60,634 bases of DNA, taken from positions 1-60,634 of the forward strand of contig CAZBNJ010000005.1 in the NCBI GenBank assembly GCA_964493515.1, read 5' to 3'. Shown piece by piece: positions 17,751 to 27,116 of this stretch. Below the pieces are notes generated by a model that searched no databases, was not told the DNA's origin, and worked only from the letters and a program-made list of their open reading frames with translations. Every line of letters starts with the position of its first letter. The stretch's first letter is position 1. A program made the position numbers and the translations under genes. Source of the stretch: an uncultured Oscillospiraceae bacterium (GTDB taxonomy: Bacteria > Bacillota > Clostridia > Oscillospirales > JAAYOS01).

Positions 17751-19265
17751 TCACAGCTCAATCGTCGATGTGCAGACGTTCTCGCAGAACCGTCGGTCGT
17801 GCTCGACCAGCAACATGGTCGGCTTGAAATTCAGTATCAGCTGCTCTATCTGCTCGCGGCTCTCGAGGTCGATGAAGTTCAGCGGCTCGTCCCACACATA
17901 CAGGTGCGCGCTCTCGCACAGGCTTCGCGCGAGCAGCACCTTCTTCCGCTGACCCGCCGACCAGTCGCGCATATCCTTTGTGAACTGCTCGCGCGAAAAG
18001 CCCAGCTTTCGCAGGATGGCAAGCATCAGCGTGTCGTCCACCCCGCACTCGGCGGCATACTCGCGCGCCGTTCCGCGAAGAAAGCTCGAATCCTGCGGGA
18101 CATAGCTCATCACCATGCCGCTCGCGCGGAACAGGTCGCCGGTGTGCGGAATATCCTCGCCGAGCACAAGCTTCAAAAGCGAGCTTTTGCCGGTGCCGTT
18201 GCGTCCTACCACCGCCGTGCGGTCGCCGGGCTGCAGCTCGAACCGCAGCCGCTCGAACACCGGACGCGCCGCGTCGTAGGCGATAGACAGCTCGCTCGCC
18301 GACAGCAGCGCGCGGCGGATGTCGCTTCGCGGTGACAGCTTCAGATCCTCCACCGTCTCGTCGCGGCGCAGATGGGTCGCTGTCTCGAGCAGCTCGCGTT
18401 TCTCGGCGGCGGCGCTTCCGACCCTCCGCTCGAGCGCCTTTGCCTTTGACGCCGACCGCGCCGCCATCTTGCCGACGTGTCCCCTCGACACGTCCTCGTG
18501 CAGCGCGGCGTTCCTGTTCGACTTCTTGTACTTCGAGCGATCGGCGGCATCGGCGCGTCGCGAAGCCAGCTCCGCCGCCGCGTCCAACCGCTTTACCTCC
18601 TTGCCGAGGCGCTCATTCGTCGCGCGCTCGAACTGCTCGCGGCGGTCACGCTGTTCGCGCCAGACCGAGTAGCCGCCGCGCACCACCTCCGCCGAGTTGT
18701 GGTCGAGCGCGAGGATGTGGTCGGTGCACGCGTCGAGAAACGCGCGGTCGTGGCTGACCAGCAGGAATCCGCTCTTCTGACGCAGATAGTCCGCGACCTG
18801 CTCGCGCGCCGCCGCGTCGAGATGGTTCGTCGGCTCGTCGATCAGCAGGAACCGTCCCTCGCAGGCAAACAGCGCGGCAAGCATCACCTTTGTCCGCTCG
18901 CCGTTGGACAGCGTGTAGTAGTCGCGCCAAAGCAGCTCGTTCGGGTCCGCGCCGAGCTTTGAAAGCTCCATCTCAAGCCGCCACCGCTCAAGCTCGGGTC
19001 GCGCAAGCTCCGCCGCCTCGACAGCGGTCGCGCCCTCCGGCGGGTCGGGGTACGGAAAGTAGTCCGCTCCGCCGCGCACGCCGAGCAGGTTTCCCGACGG
19101 CTCAAGCTCTCCGGACAGTATCCGCAGCAGCGTCGTCTTGCCGCGACCGTTGCGCCCCACCAGCCCCAGCCGCCAGTCGGTGTCCACGCGGAAGTTCAGT
19201 CCCTCAAACACGCTGTCTGCCGAGCCGGGATACGCAAACGTCAAATTTTGTGCTTCAATAATCAT
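17751..19265 (-). CDS. ABC-F family ATPase, Lsa-like (putative ribosomal-protection type)
   Basis: Two NBDs with no TM domain (GRNGRGKTTLL / LSNGERTK / LLIDEPTNHLD; GRNGTGKSSLL / WSAGQRKK / YVWDEPLNFID) joined by a long basic interdomain linker. The start is at 19265 (GGAGG, MIIEAQNLTF). Confidence 0.9.
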   Translation of the reverse strand: MIIEAQNLTFAYPGSADSVFEGLNFRVDTDWRLGLVGRNGRGKTTLLRILSGELEPSGNLLGVRGGADYFPYPDPPEGATAVEAAELARPELERWRLEMELSKLGADPNELLWRDYYTLSNGERTKVMLAALFACEGRFLLIDEPTNHLDAAAREQVADYLRQKSGFLLVSHDRAFLDACTDHILALDHNSAEVVRGGYSVWREQRDRREQFERATNERLGKEVKRLDAAAELASRRADAADRSKYKKSNRNAALHEDVSRGHVGKMAARSASKAKALERRVGSAAAEKRELLETATHLRRDETVEDLKLSPRSDIRRALLSASELSIAYDAARPVFERLRFELQPGDRTAVVGRNGTGKSSLLKLVLGEDIPHTGDLFRASGMVMSYVPQDSSFLRGTAREYAAECGVDDTLMLAILRKLGFSREQFTKDMRDWSAGQRKKVLLARSLCESAHLYVWDEPLNFIDLESREQIEQLILNFKPTMLLVEHDRRFCENVCTSTIEL

Positions 19266-19284
19266 ATATACCTCCGAAATACGC

Positions 19285-19315
19285 AAAAACGGGCGCGGAA
19301 AATCCGCGTCCGTTT
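19285..19315 (-). terminator. leader (attenuator) terminator upstream of the ABC-F gene
   Basis: AAACGGACGCGGAUUUUCCGCGCCCGUUUUU ends about 10 nt before the ABC-F RBS. An upstream GCGCGGGAAAU (19367-19357) can pair over 11 bp with the 3' arm region AUUUUCCGCGC (19303-19293). Confidence 0.7.
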
Positions 19316-19455
19316 GATCTGTCGCAAATTGCGGCATATCGAAGGCAGTTTTGCAGATTTCCCGCGCAACAGCCGCAGAACGGCGGCGGCGCGCGAAGCA
19401 TCGCTCCGCTCACGCCGCAGTCTCCGCCGCAATAACTGTTGCCAAAACCGAAGTT

Positions 19456-19497
19456 TTATCGGGAAATATGCATCTTTTCACCCTTTTCGTTAGTCAT
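19456..19497 (-). CDS. candidate 13-codon leader peptide (MTNEKGEKMHISR)
   Basis: Short ORF between the promoter and the attenuator terminator. Only a weak SD (GGACGA) precedes it. Confidence 0.35.
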   Translation of the reverse strand: MTNEKGEKMHISR

Positions 19498-19518
19498 ATC
19501 GGTCGTCCGACCGTGTCT

Positions 19519-19547
19519 ATTGTACCATCCGCCGGCGCGGTTGTCAA
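19519..19547 (-). promoter_or_regulatory. promoter of the ABC-F leader
   Basis: TTGACA (19547-19542)-17-TACAAT (19524-19519) on the minus strand. Confidence 0.6.
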
Positions 19548-19551
19548 GCGT

Positions 19552-20211
19552 TCAGCCCGCGACGTACAGGTCGTACACGCGGACAAATATCGCCGCCGCC
19601 TCCGCACGGGTGACCGTCGCGCACGGCCGCAGATACCTGTTCTCGTCCCCCTTTAGCGTGCCGGTCTCTATCGCCCAGCCAAGCCCCTCCGCTGCCCACT
19701 GCGAGCCGGACGCCGCGTCCGCAAAGTGCTCGGTCGCGTGGTCGAGATAGCTCGCGGCGTAGAACTCGAGGGTGTTCATCTGACCCTCGAACCGCTTCGG
19801 GTAGGTCTGCGACAGCCACCTCACGATGAGCGTCACCAGCTCCTCGCGCGTAATGCTGTCTTCGGGCAGGAAGCAGCCCGCCTCGTTTCCGTTGGCTATC
19901 CCGCACCGTTTTGCCCAGCGCAGCGCGGTGCTGTACCAGCCACGCTCGGCGGCGTCCGGAAAGCCGTGCGGCGTCTCGTATGCCGGACGTCCCGCGAGCC
20001 TCCAGAGCACCGTCACCGCCATAGCGCGGTTCATCGGCGCGTCCGGCGAGAAGCTGCCGTCCTCCATGCCGCCGAACAGCCCTATCTCGGTCACGGCTTC
20101 GATGTCCTTTGCCGCCCAGTGCCCATCCGTATCGCTATAAGCCGCAGCGGGGATCGTAAGCAGCGTCGCAAGTGCCAGCACAAGCGCGGCGATTCGCGTC
20201 TTTTTGCTCAT
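19552..20211 (-). CDS. secreted protein consisting only of three SLH (S-layer homology) repeats
   Basis: Signal peptide ...TIPAAAYS followed by three SLH-like repeats (DTDGHWAAKDIEAV.., FPDAAERGWYSTAL.., FADAASGSQWAAEGLGWA..). The start is 2 nt after the potD stop. Confidence 0.8.
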   Translation of the reverse strand: MSKKTRIAALVLALATLLTIPAAAYSDTDGHWAAKDIEAVTEIGLFGGMEDGSFSPDAPMNRAMAVTVLWRLAGRPAYETPHGFPDAAERGWYSTALRWAKRCGIANGNEAGCFLPEDSITREELVTLIVRWLSQTYPKRFEGQMNTLEFYAASYLDHATEHFADAASGSQWAAEGLGWAIETGTLKGDENRYLRPCATVTRAEAAAIFVRVYDLYVAG

Positions 20212-20212
20212 A

Positions 20213-21316
20213 TCAGCCGTTGATTATCTTCGTCCAGATGTGGTCGTAGTAGCTGACCGACTCGCCGAGATCGACGAACACCTCGCTCTTATCCATTATC
20301 TCCTGCGACGGATACTGCGCGGGGTCGTTCTTTATCTCGTCGTCGAGCGACTCGTAGACCTCGGTCTGCGGCGTCGAGTAGTTGATGTAGTCGCGGTTCA
20401 TCGCGGCGATGTCGGTGCGGCACATGAAGTCCACAAACTTCACCGCGGCGGCGTAGTTCGGCGCGTCCTTCAGGATGCACATCGCGTCAAACCAGAGGTT
20501 CGTGCCCTCCTTGGGTATCGCATAGGCGAGGTCGGGATTGCCCTCCTCCGGGTCCATGCAGGTCACGGCGTCGCCCGAATACACCATCGCGATAGCCGCC
20601 TCGCCCGCTATCATCTTGTCCTTTACGTCGTCGCCGGTGAATCCGAGCACCTTGGTAGCGGCTTCGGCGAGCTTTGCCTCGGCGGCGTCCAGCTCCTCCT
20701 TGGAGGTGGAGTTGAGCGAATAGCCGAGATACTTGAGCGCCATGCCGATGGTGTCGCGCACCGAGTCCATCAGGAACGCGTTGTTGTCGTACTCTCCCGA
20801 CCAATAGACGCCCCAGCTGTCGATAGGCTCGTCCACCATCGTCGTGTTGTAGAGTATACCGAGCGTGCCCCACATATACGCGACCGAATACTCGTTGTTC
20901 GGGTCGTACTCGCGCGACTTGTAGTTGTCGCCTATCTTCGAGTAGTTCTCAAGCTGCGACATATCTATCTTTGCGAGCATATCCTCGTCTATCATGCGCT
21001 TTATCATGTAGTCGGACGGGATTACCACGTCGTATCCGGAGTTCGAGTTCTTGACCTTGGTGTACATCGACTCGTTGAAGTCAAAGGTGTCGTACACGAC
21101 CTTTATCCCCGTCTCCTTCTCGAATATGCCGATGACGTCCGGGTCGATGTAGTCGCCCCAGTTGTACACGTTCAGCGTCGTGCCGACCAGTTCGGGATAC
21201 GGATACTCGGTTGTGCCGCCGCTCGGTTCGTCGTTCGAGTTCGAGCATCCCGCGAACATTCCCATCATCAGTGCCGCGCAAAGCAGCATAACAAGCGTCC
21301 TTTTCAACTCTAACAT
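20213..21316 (-). CDS. potD: spermidine/putrescine ABC transporter substrate-binding lipoprotein
   Basis: Lipobox FAGCS and PotD/PotF-family blocks (LNVYNWGDYIDP, VVIPSDYM, WGTLGILYN). Confidence 0.92.
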   Translation of the reverse strand: MLELKRTLVMLLCAALMMGMFAGCSNSNDEPSGGTTEYPYPELVGTTLNVYNWGDYIDPDVIGIFEKETGIKVVYDTFDFNESMYTKVKNSNSGYDVVIPSDYMIKRMIDEDMLAKIDMSQLENYSKIGDNYKSREYDPNNEYSVAYMWGTLGILYNTTMVDEPIDSWGVYWSGEYDNNAFLMDSVRDTIGMALKYLGYSLNSTSKEELDAAEAKLAEAATKVLGFTGDDVKDKMIAGEAAIAMVYSGDAVTCMDPEEGNPDLAYAIPKEGTNLWFDAMCILKDAPNYAAAVKFVDFMCRTDIAAMNRDYINYSTPQTEVYESLDDEIKNDPAQYPSQEIMDKSEVFVDLGESVSYYDHIWTKIING

Positions 21317-21374
21317 TTCTCCTTATCAAAAAGATTTCGTCTATTCTAAAACCCCGAAGCTCGGAGTTTCGGAA

Positions 21375-22166
21375 TCACTTCAGCTTGGACGGCTCGTACA
21401 CGAGCGAACCGACCATTCCGTACCTCGCGACCAACGCCGTCGGGAAGCGCGCTCCGCCCTCCGCCGGCTGCATCGGGTCGCCTATCATCTCGCCGGATAT
21501 CAGCATCTCCGCAAGCTCGCGCATATCGATTATGTACCGCTCGTTCAGCTGCACCGGCGACTGATTGCTGTGCCCCGGGTATATCATCAGGCCCTCGATA
21601 CCCGCGACCAGCGACTCGAGCCGCTTCATCCCCTCGCAGAAGGTGGTGAGGTCGGTCGAGTGGTCGAGCTGCATCCATATCGAGCCGGAGCCTATCGTGT
21701 CCCCGCTGAACATCTGTCGATTCTCGCGGTCGAGGAACAGCACGCTGCCCTGCGTGTGTCCCGGAAGCTCGATCACCTCCAGCGTCCGCCCGCCGAGGTC
21801 AAATTTGTCCCCGTCGCAGAGCGGCTGAAAGTCGGACGGCGAGTAGGACGCGCCAAACGACCCGATAAGCGCGTCGTCCTTGTGCGAGACGTACGCCGTC
21901 GCGCCGTCGTCGAGTATCGCACGCAGCTCCGCTCCCACATGGTCGCCGTGACCATGGGTGTGCAGCACGACTATCGGCAGGCTCGTGCGCTCGCGGATAA
22001 TGTCGATGAGCCGACGGTCGCCGAAGCTCATCAGCGAATCCACAAACGCGGCGCGCTCGCTTCCGACGATCAGATAGCAGTCCACAAACTGACCGCGGCC
22101 CTCCTCGTGTATCCTCCACACGTTCGGCGCAAGCTCGGTCACGGTAAACGTCGCCTTGTTGTCCAT
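21375..22166 (-). CDS. MBL-fold metallo-hydrolase
   Basis: HTHGHGDH metal motif, plus downstream His/Asp ligands (LPGHTQGS, YPGH). Confidence 0.88.
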   Translation of the reverse strand: MDNKATFTVTELAPNVWRIHEEGRGQFVDCYLIVGSERAAFVDSLMSFGDRRLIDIIRERTSLPIVVLHTHGHGDHVGAELRAILDDGATAYVSHKDDALIGSFGASYSPSDFQPLCDGDKFDLGGRTLEVIELPGHTQGSVLFLDRENRQMFSGDTIGSGSIWMQLDHSTDLTTFCEGMKRLESLVAGIEGLMIYPGHSNQSPVQLNERYIIDMRELAEMLISGEMIGDPMQPAEGGARFPTALVARYGMVGSLVYEPSKLK

Positions 22167-22193
22167 TTCATTCTCCTCCTTTATCGGATGTGC

Positions 22194-22988
22194 CTACTTC
22201 GATGTCTGCTTCCTGCTGTCCCGCGACGAGCGGACGTTTATCACTATCAGCAGTATCAGCACCACTACGAACATTATCGCGCTCAGCGCGTTCATCGACG
22301 GTTTGACGCCGCGGCGTACCTGCGAATATATCTCGGTGGACAGCGTGCCCACACCCGCTCCGGTGGTAAAGAACGATATCACGAAGTCGTCTATCGACAG
22401 CGTGAACGCCAGTATCGCGCCGGTCACGACGCCGGGCATTATCTCGGGCAGCACCACCTTAACGATGGCGCTCAGCGGCGTGCATCCGAGGTCGAGCGCC
22501 GCCTCGTATGCGTGTTTGTTCATCTGTTTCAGCTTTGGCATGACCGACAGTATGACATACGGTATGTTGAAGGTCATGTGCGCAAGCAGCAGGCTCACCC
22601 GTCCGAGCGGTATGCCTATCGACACGAAGAGTATCAGCAGGCTCACGCCGGTCACGATGTCCGCGTTGAGCACCGGAAGGTAGCTCACGTTCATCACAAC
22701 GCCCTGCGGCACGCGGTGCATCGCGTTTATTCCTATCGCCGCCGCCGTGCCGATAATCGTCGCCAGCAGCGCTGCGGCTATCGCGATAAACAGCGTGTTT
22801 CCGAGCGCCTGCATTATCCGCGAGTCGCCAAACAGCTCGACGTACCACTTGAGCGAGAATCCGCCCCATGTACCGCGCGACTTGTTCGCGTTGAACGAGA
22901 AGGTTATCATCACCGCGATAGGCGCGTAGAGGAACAGGAAGATAAGCGCGCTGTACGCGCCCTTCAGTCCCTTGATAAGTCGTTTCAT
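22194..22988 (-). CDS. potC: spermidine/putrescine ABC transporter permease
   Basis: Six-TM MetI-like permease with an EAA-type loop (YEAALDLGCTP). Confidence 0.92.
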   Translation of the reverse strand: MKRLIKGLKGAYSALIFLFLYAPIAVMITFSFNANKSRGTWGGFSLKWYVELFGDSRIMQALGNTLFIAIAAALLATIIGTAAAIGINAMHRVPQGVVMNVSYLPVLNADIVTGVSLLILFVSIGIPLGRVSLLLAHMTFNIPYVILSVMPKLKQMNKHAYEAALDLGCTPLSAIVKVVLPEIMPGVVTGAILAFTLSIDDFVISFFTTGAGVGTLSTEIYSQVRRGVKPSMNALSAIMFVVVLILLIVINVRSSRDSRKQTSK

Positions 22989-23000
22989 CGGCGCGCCCTC

Positions 23001-23924
23001 CTACATCAGCAGCCCGCCGGTCGCGGACTGTTCCTTTTCATACTTGCCCATCACCGCCATAGCGAGCAGGGTGAGCACCATCAGTATCACCGACAGCGCC
23101 GAGCCGAAGCCGTAGTCGCCGGTGGACAAAAACTGCTTTTCTATCGTGTCGCCGATAAGCGATATCTTCGACCCGCCGAGCAGTCGGCTTACGATAAAGG
23201 TCGTGAGCGCCGGCATGAAGGTCATCATTATGCCGCTGGACACTCCGGGCAGCGACAGCGGGAATATCACGCGGCGGAAGGTCTGTCCAAAGCTCGCGCC
23301 CAGGTCTCCGCTTGCCTCCACCATGCTCTTGTCCAGCTTTATCAGCGTGTTGTATATCGGCAGTATCATGAACGGCAGGAAGTTGTACACGTTTCCGAAG
23401 ATGACCGAGCCGGTCGAGTACATGAACTGTATCGGCTTGTCTATCACCCCGATCGCCTTCAGCGCGCTGTTCAGAATGCCGGTGTTTTCAAGTATCGTCA
23501 TCCACGCGTAGGTGCGCAGCAGGAAGTTCATCCACATCGGCAGCACGAACAGGAAGGACACGATGCCGCGGACGCTCGGCTTCATGCGCGACAGTATATA
23601 CGCCATCGGATAGCCGATGACAAGGCAGATGAGCGTGCTGACCAGCGCTATCCACACCGAGCGCCAGAGCACCTGCATATACACCGGGTCGGAGAAGTTG
23701 AAAAATCGCTCGAAAAACTCCCACGTGAAACCGAAGCTGCCGCCGTTTTCGTAGTGGTAGAAGAAGCTGTACACCACCACGAGTATCATCGGCACGACCA
23801 CGAATATCAGCGCGTATGCGCAGTACGGAAGCGCCACCCACGACAGGCGGAACCTCGGCTTTCTGAGCGTTTTCGCGCGCGCCGAAGCTACCTCCGCCTC
23901 GGGATTGAGACGGCGGCCGCTCAC
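23001..23924 (-). CDS. potB: spermidine/putrescine ABC transporter permease
   Basis: MetI-like permease ([18 protein letters not shown]). A GTG start overlaps the potA stop (GTGA). Confidence 0.92.
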   Translation of the reverse strand: MSGRRLNPEAEVASARAKTLRKPRFRLSWVALPYCAYALIFVVVPMILVVVYSFFYHYENGGSFGFTWEFFERFFNFSDPVYMQVLWRSVWIALVSTLICLVIGYPMAYILSRMKPSVRGIVSFLFVLPMWMNFLLRTYAWMTILENTGILNSALKAIGVIDKPIQFMYSTGSVIFGNVYNFLPFMILPIYNTLIKLDKSMVEASGDLGASFGQTFRRVIFPLSLPGVSSGIMMTFMPALTTFIVSRLLGGSKISLIGDTIEKQFLSTGDYGFGSALSVILMVLTLLAMAVMGKYEKEQSATGGLLM

Positions 23925-24985
23925 TTTTCTTCCTCCCAGACTTTAGCGTCCGATTTGTGCATGATATGTATGTCGTCCGGCGTTATCACCATGCCCACGC
24001 GGCTGCCCGGCGTCTGCGGGTCGGTCGAGTGTATCATCCAGCGCGTGCCCTCCGACTCGACGAGTATCTCATAGTGGACGCCCTTGAAAACTATCGACTC
24101 GACCGTGCCGCTCCACATTCCCTCGGCTTCGGGCACGCAGTCGATGTCCTCCGGCCGTATGACCACGCCCACCGGCTCGTCCTTTGCAAATCCCTTGTCC
24201 ACGCAGACAAACCGTCCGCCGGCAAAGCTGACGTCGAAGTCGTCGTGCATCACGCCGTCGACGATGTTGCTCTCGCCGATGAAGTCGGCGACGAACGCGT
24301 TCTGCGGTTCGTTATATATGTCGATAGGCGTGCCTATCTGCTGTATCGTGCCCTCGTTCATCACCACCACCGTGTCGCTCATCGTGAGCGCCTCCTCCTG
24401 GTCGTGGGTGACGTATATGAAGGTTATGCCCGCCTGCTGCTGTATGCGCTTCAGCTCGGTCTGCATATCCTTGCGCAGCTTGAGGTCGAGCGCGCCGAGC
24501 GGTTCGTCGAGCAGGAGCACCTCCGGTCCGACGGCGAGAGCGCGCGCAATGGCGACCCGCTGCTGCTGGCCGCCGGAAAGCTGGCTTACGTCGCGATGCT
24601 CATAGCCGGTCAGTCCGACCAGCGCAAGCATCTCGCTCACCCGCTCGTTTATCTCCTTTTTCGGCCGCTTTGCAACCCGCAGCCCAAAGGCGACGTTTTC
24701 CGCCACGTCCAGATGCGGGAACAGTGCGTACCGCTGAAAAACCGTATTGACACGCCGCTTATAGGGCGGCACATCGTTAATCCGCACGCCGTCGAAATAC
24801 ACGTTGCCCGACTTCGGCGTCTCGAAACCCCCGATTATCCGCAGGGTAGTCGTCTTGCCGCAGCCGGACGGTCCGAGCAGCGTGAGAAATTCCTTATCGT
24901 TGATGGTCAGGTCTATCGATTTGAGTACCTCTTCACCGTCATACGCCATGCTGACTTTCTCAAGGCGTATAAGCTCTTTTGCCAT
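23921..24985 (-). CDS. potA: spermidine/putrescine ABC transporter ATP-binding protein
   Basis: [24 protein letters not shown] and [11 protein letters not shown] motifs, and a TOBE-like C-terminus. Confidence 0.95.
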   Translation of the reverse strand: MAKELIRLEKVSMAYDGEEVLKSIDLTINDKEFLTLLGPSGCGKTTTLRIIGGFETPKSGNVYFDGVRINDVPPYKRRVNTVFQRYALFPHLDVAENVAFGLRVAKRPKKEINERVSEMLALVGLTGYEHRDVSQLSGGQQQRVAIARALAVGPEVLLLDEPLGALDLKLRKDMQTELKRIQQQAGITFIYVTHDQEEALTMSDTVVVMNEGTIQQIGTPIDIYNEPQNAFVADFIGESNIVDGVMHDDFDVSFAGGRFVCVDKGFAKDEPVGVVIRPEDIDCVPEAEGMWSGTVESIVFKGVHYEILVESEGTRWMIHSTDPQTPGSRVGMVITPDDIHIMHKSDAKVWEEEK

Positions 24986-25039
24986 TTATCAGCCCCCCAG
25001 TTTGCCCGAGTAATCACGACCCATAGTCATGTAAGATAC

Positions 25040-25068
25040 AATATACCCCCTATTAGAGGAAATGTCAA
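25040..25068 (-). promoter_or_regulatory. pot operon promoter
   Basis: TTGACA (25068-25063)-17-TATATT (25045-25040) on the minus strand. Confidence 0.55.
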
Positions 25069-25210
25069 TGAATTTTTCGTAAAAAGTCGGAAAAAACGAG
25101 AAAGATTTTTTGTTTATCCGTTCCAGTTTTTGTTAGCCACGCACTTTTCTTTGATTTGCTCTTAAAATCTCGCGAATACTCCGAAATGCTCGCGTGAGTC
25201 ATCCAAACCG

Positions 25211-26140
25211 TCAAAGCTCCGCGTCGATCTCGAACACCCTGCCCGCGAGATAGTCGAACGCGCCGCCGCTCGGCTCGAACGCGAATCGCAGCTTGTACGC
25301 GCAGAGCCGCTGTCCCGCCTTCTCCCCCTTCGCGAGCGTGCCGTATTTGCCGTCGCCGACCAGCGGGCATCCGATACTCGCGAACTGCGCGCGTATCTGG
25401 TGGGTGCGTCCGGTGACAAGGCGGCACTCGACGAGCGTCCGGTCGCCGCGCCGCTCGACCGTGTGATAGTAGGTCTTGGCGTAGAGCGCTCCCGGTCGCG
25501 GCGAGTCAAAAACGCGGACCGTCTTTTTCTCGCGGTCACGCAATATGTAGCTCTCTAGCGCGCCGTCGGCGGGTCGCGGAGCGCCATGCACCAGAGCGCG
25601 ATAGGTCTTTTCTATCCGATGTTCGCGTATCTGTTCCTCGAAAAACCGCAGCGCCTCCGCGTCCTTTGCCGCTATCACCAGCCCGCGCGTGTTGCGGTCG
25701 ATGCGATGGCAGAGCGACGGCGCAAAGGTCGCGTCCGCCGACGGGTCGTACTCCCCCTTGCGGTAGAGATACGCCTGTATGCGGGTAAGCAGCGTGTTCA
25801 CCTTTTCGCGCTCGTCCGGATGGCTCAGCAGCCCGGACGGTTTCAGGCAGATGATGATGCGCTCATCCTCGTAAACGACCTCGAGCGACGGATTTTCTAT
25901 CGACATGAACGCGTCGCTCTCACGCGGTCGCTCGTCGAAAAACTCGTCGCGGATGTACAGCCACAGCTCGTCGCCCGCCGAAAGTCTCGCCTCGCCGGAC
26001 GCGCGCACGCCGTTTATGCGCACACGCTTTTCGCGCAGCCACTTTTGTATGGTCGCGCTCGGCACATGGCTGAACGACTTTCGCAGGTATCTGTCCAGCC
26101 TCTGCGAGGCGTCGTTTTGCGAGACTGTGAGTTTTCGCAT
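25211..26140 (-). CDS. RluA-family pseudouridine synthase with N-terminal S4 domain
   Basis: HRIDRNTRGLVIAAKD catalytic-Asp motif and an S4-like N-terminus (RLDRYLRK). Confidence 0.9.
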   Translation of the reverse strand: MRKLTVSQNDASQRLDRYLRKSFSHVPSATIQKWLREKRVRINGVRASGEARLSAGDELWLYIRDEFFDERPRESDAFMSIENPSLEVVYEDERIIICLKPSGLLSHPDEREKVNTLLTRIQAYLYRKGEYDPSADATFAPSLCHRIDRNTRGLVIAAKDAEALRFFEEQIREHRIEKTYRALVHGAPRPADGALESYILRDREKKTVRVFDSPRPGALYAKTYYHTVERRGDRTLVECRLVTGRTHQIRAQFASIGCPLVGDGKYGTLAKGEKAGQRLCAYKLRFAFEPSGGAFDYLAGRVFEIDAEL

Positions 26141-26186
26141 ACATTTCTCCTTCTAACTTCATATAACTTTAACAAGCAAAACCTAT

Positions 26187-26215
26187 TGACAAATATCGGA
26201 TTTACGGCTATAATA
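26187..26215 (+). promoter_or_regulatory. yceD-rpmF promoter
   Basis: TTGACA-17-TATAAT. Confidence 0.65.
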
Positions 26216-26245
26216 TTCTCCGTACCGCCGTGTGGAGGTGTAATT

Positions 26246-26770
26246 ATGAGGCTGGAGCTTGCGGGGATAATCGAACACCCGGGCAGGTCACTGCCATTTG
26301 ATTATACCATAGATCTGAGCGATTTGGAGATAAATTTTCAAAAACCCTTCACAAAGCCGCTCGAAGTCCACGGCGAGGTGCGAAACACCGCCGGAGTGCT
26401 CGAGCTTTGGGCGGAGGTGGACGGCGATATCGAGTTTGACTGCTCGCGATGCGCCGAACACACCGAAGCGCCCTACTCGCTCGACATCGAGACCACACTC
26501 GCGCGCGAGCTTGCGAACCCCGACGACTTTGCAAACGTCGACGTGGTGCTGCTCGACCCCGACCTGTCGTTTGAGCTGGACGAGGTGATACGCGACGCGG
26601 CGATACTCGAAAGCGATATGCTGTTCCTCTGCCGCGAGGACTGCAAAGGTGTGTGTCCCACCTGCGGCAAGAATCTCAACGACGGTCCCTGCTCCTGCAA
26701 GCCGGAGACCGATCCCCGCCTCGCAGCACTTGCCGAGTTGCTCGACGAGATGAAGCGGGAGGAAAACTGA
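26246..26770 (+). CDS. yceD: YceD/DUF177 family protein
   Basis: Acidic protein with a C-terminal CxxxCxGxCxxCGxNLN zinc-ribbon, immediately upstream of rpmF. The start is at 26246 (GGAGG); the rest of the 394-aa track ORF is antisense to the rluA-family gene. Confidence 0.88.
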   Translation: MRLELAGIIEHPGRSLPFDYTIDLSDLEINFQKPFTKPLEVHGEVRNTAGVLELWAEVDGDIEFDCSRCAEHTEAPYSLDIETTLARELANPDDFANVDVVLLDPDLSFELDEVIRDAAILESDMLFLCREDCKGVCPTCGKNLNDGPCSCKPETDPRLAALAELLDEMKREEN

Positions 26771-26841
26771 TTGCTATGCGCCACGGCGCGTAACATATAC
26801 CATTAATACAAAGCAAGTCGCCCTGTAAGGAGGTGCAAAAC

Positions 26842-27018
26842 ATGGCCGTTCCGAAGAGTAAAGTATCGAAAGCTCGCCGCGACAAGCGTCGTTCGTCGCA
26901 CTGGAAGCTCGCTACCCCGAATCTCGTGACCTGCCCGCAGTGCGGAGCTTCACGCCTTCCTCACAGGGTGTGCAAGGAGTGCGGGTATTACGACGGACGC
27001 AAGATCATGAACGTCTAA
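26842..27018 (+). CDS. rpmF: 50S ribosomal protein L32
   Basis: MAVPKSKVSKARRDKRRS...CPQCG..HRVCKECG. Confidence 0.96.
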   Translation: MAVPKSKVSKARRDKRRSSHWKLATPNLVTCPQCGASRLPHRVCKECGYYDGRKIMNV

Positions 27019-27044
27019 GCCGCAAATAAGTTTTCGACAAAGCA

Positions 27045-27084
27045 CAGAGGAGAGGGCGGTTTGCTCGCTCCTCTGTTTGCGTTT
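27045..27084 (+). terminator. intrinsic terminator after rpmF
   Basis: CAGAGGAG...CTCCTCTG followed by TTTGCGTTT. Confidence 0.65.
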
Positions 27085-27116
27085 CGGCGCAAAATCAGGC
27101 GCAGGAGGTGAACGAC

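Noticed and set aside
25069-25210. Unusually AT-rich 140-bp gap between the pot promoter and the pseudouridine synthase gene, considered as an sRNA or small ORF.
   Set aside because: I could find no promoter/terminator pair, no stable hairpin, and no ORF with an RBS. It is probably just an UP-element-like or curved promoter-upstream region.
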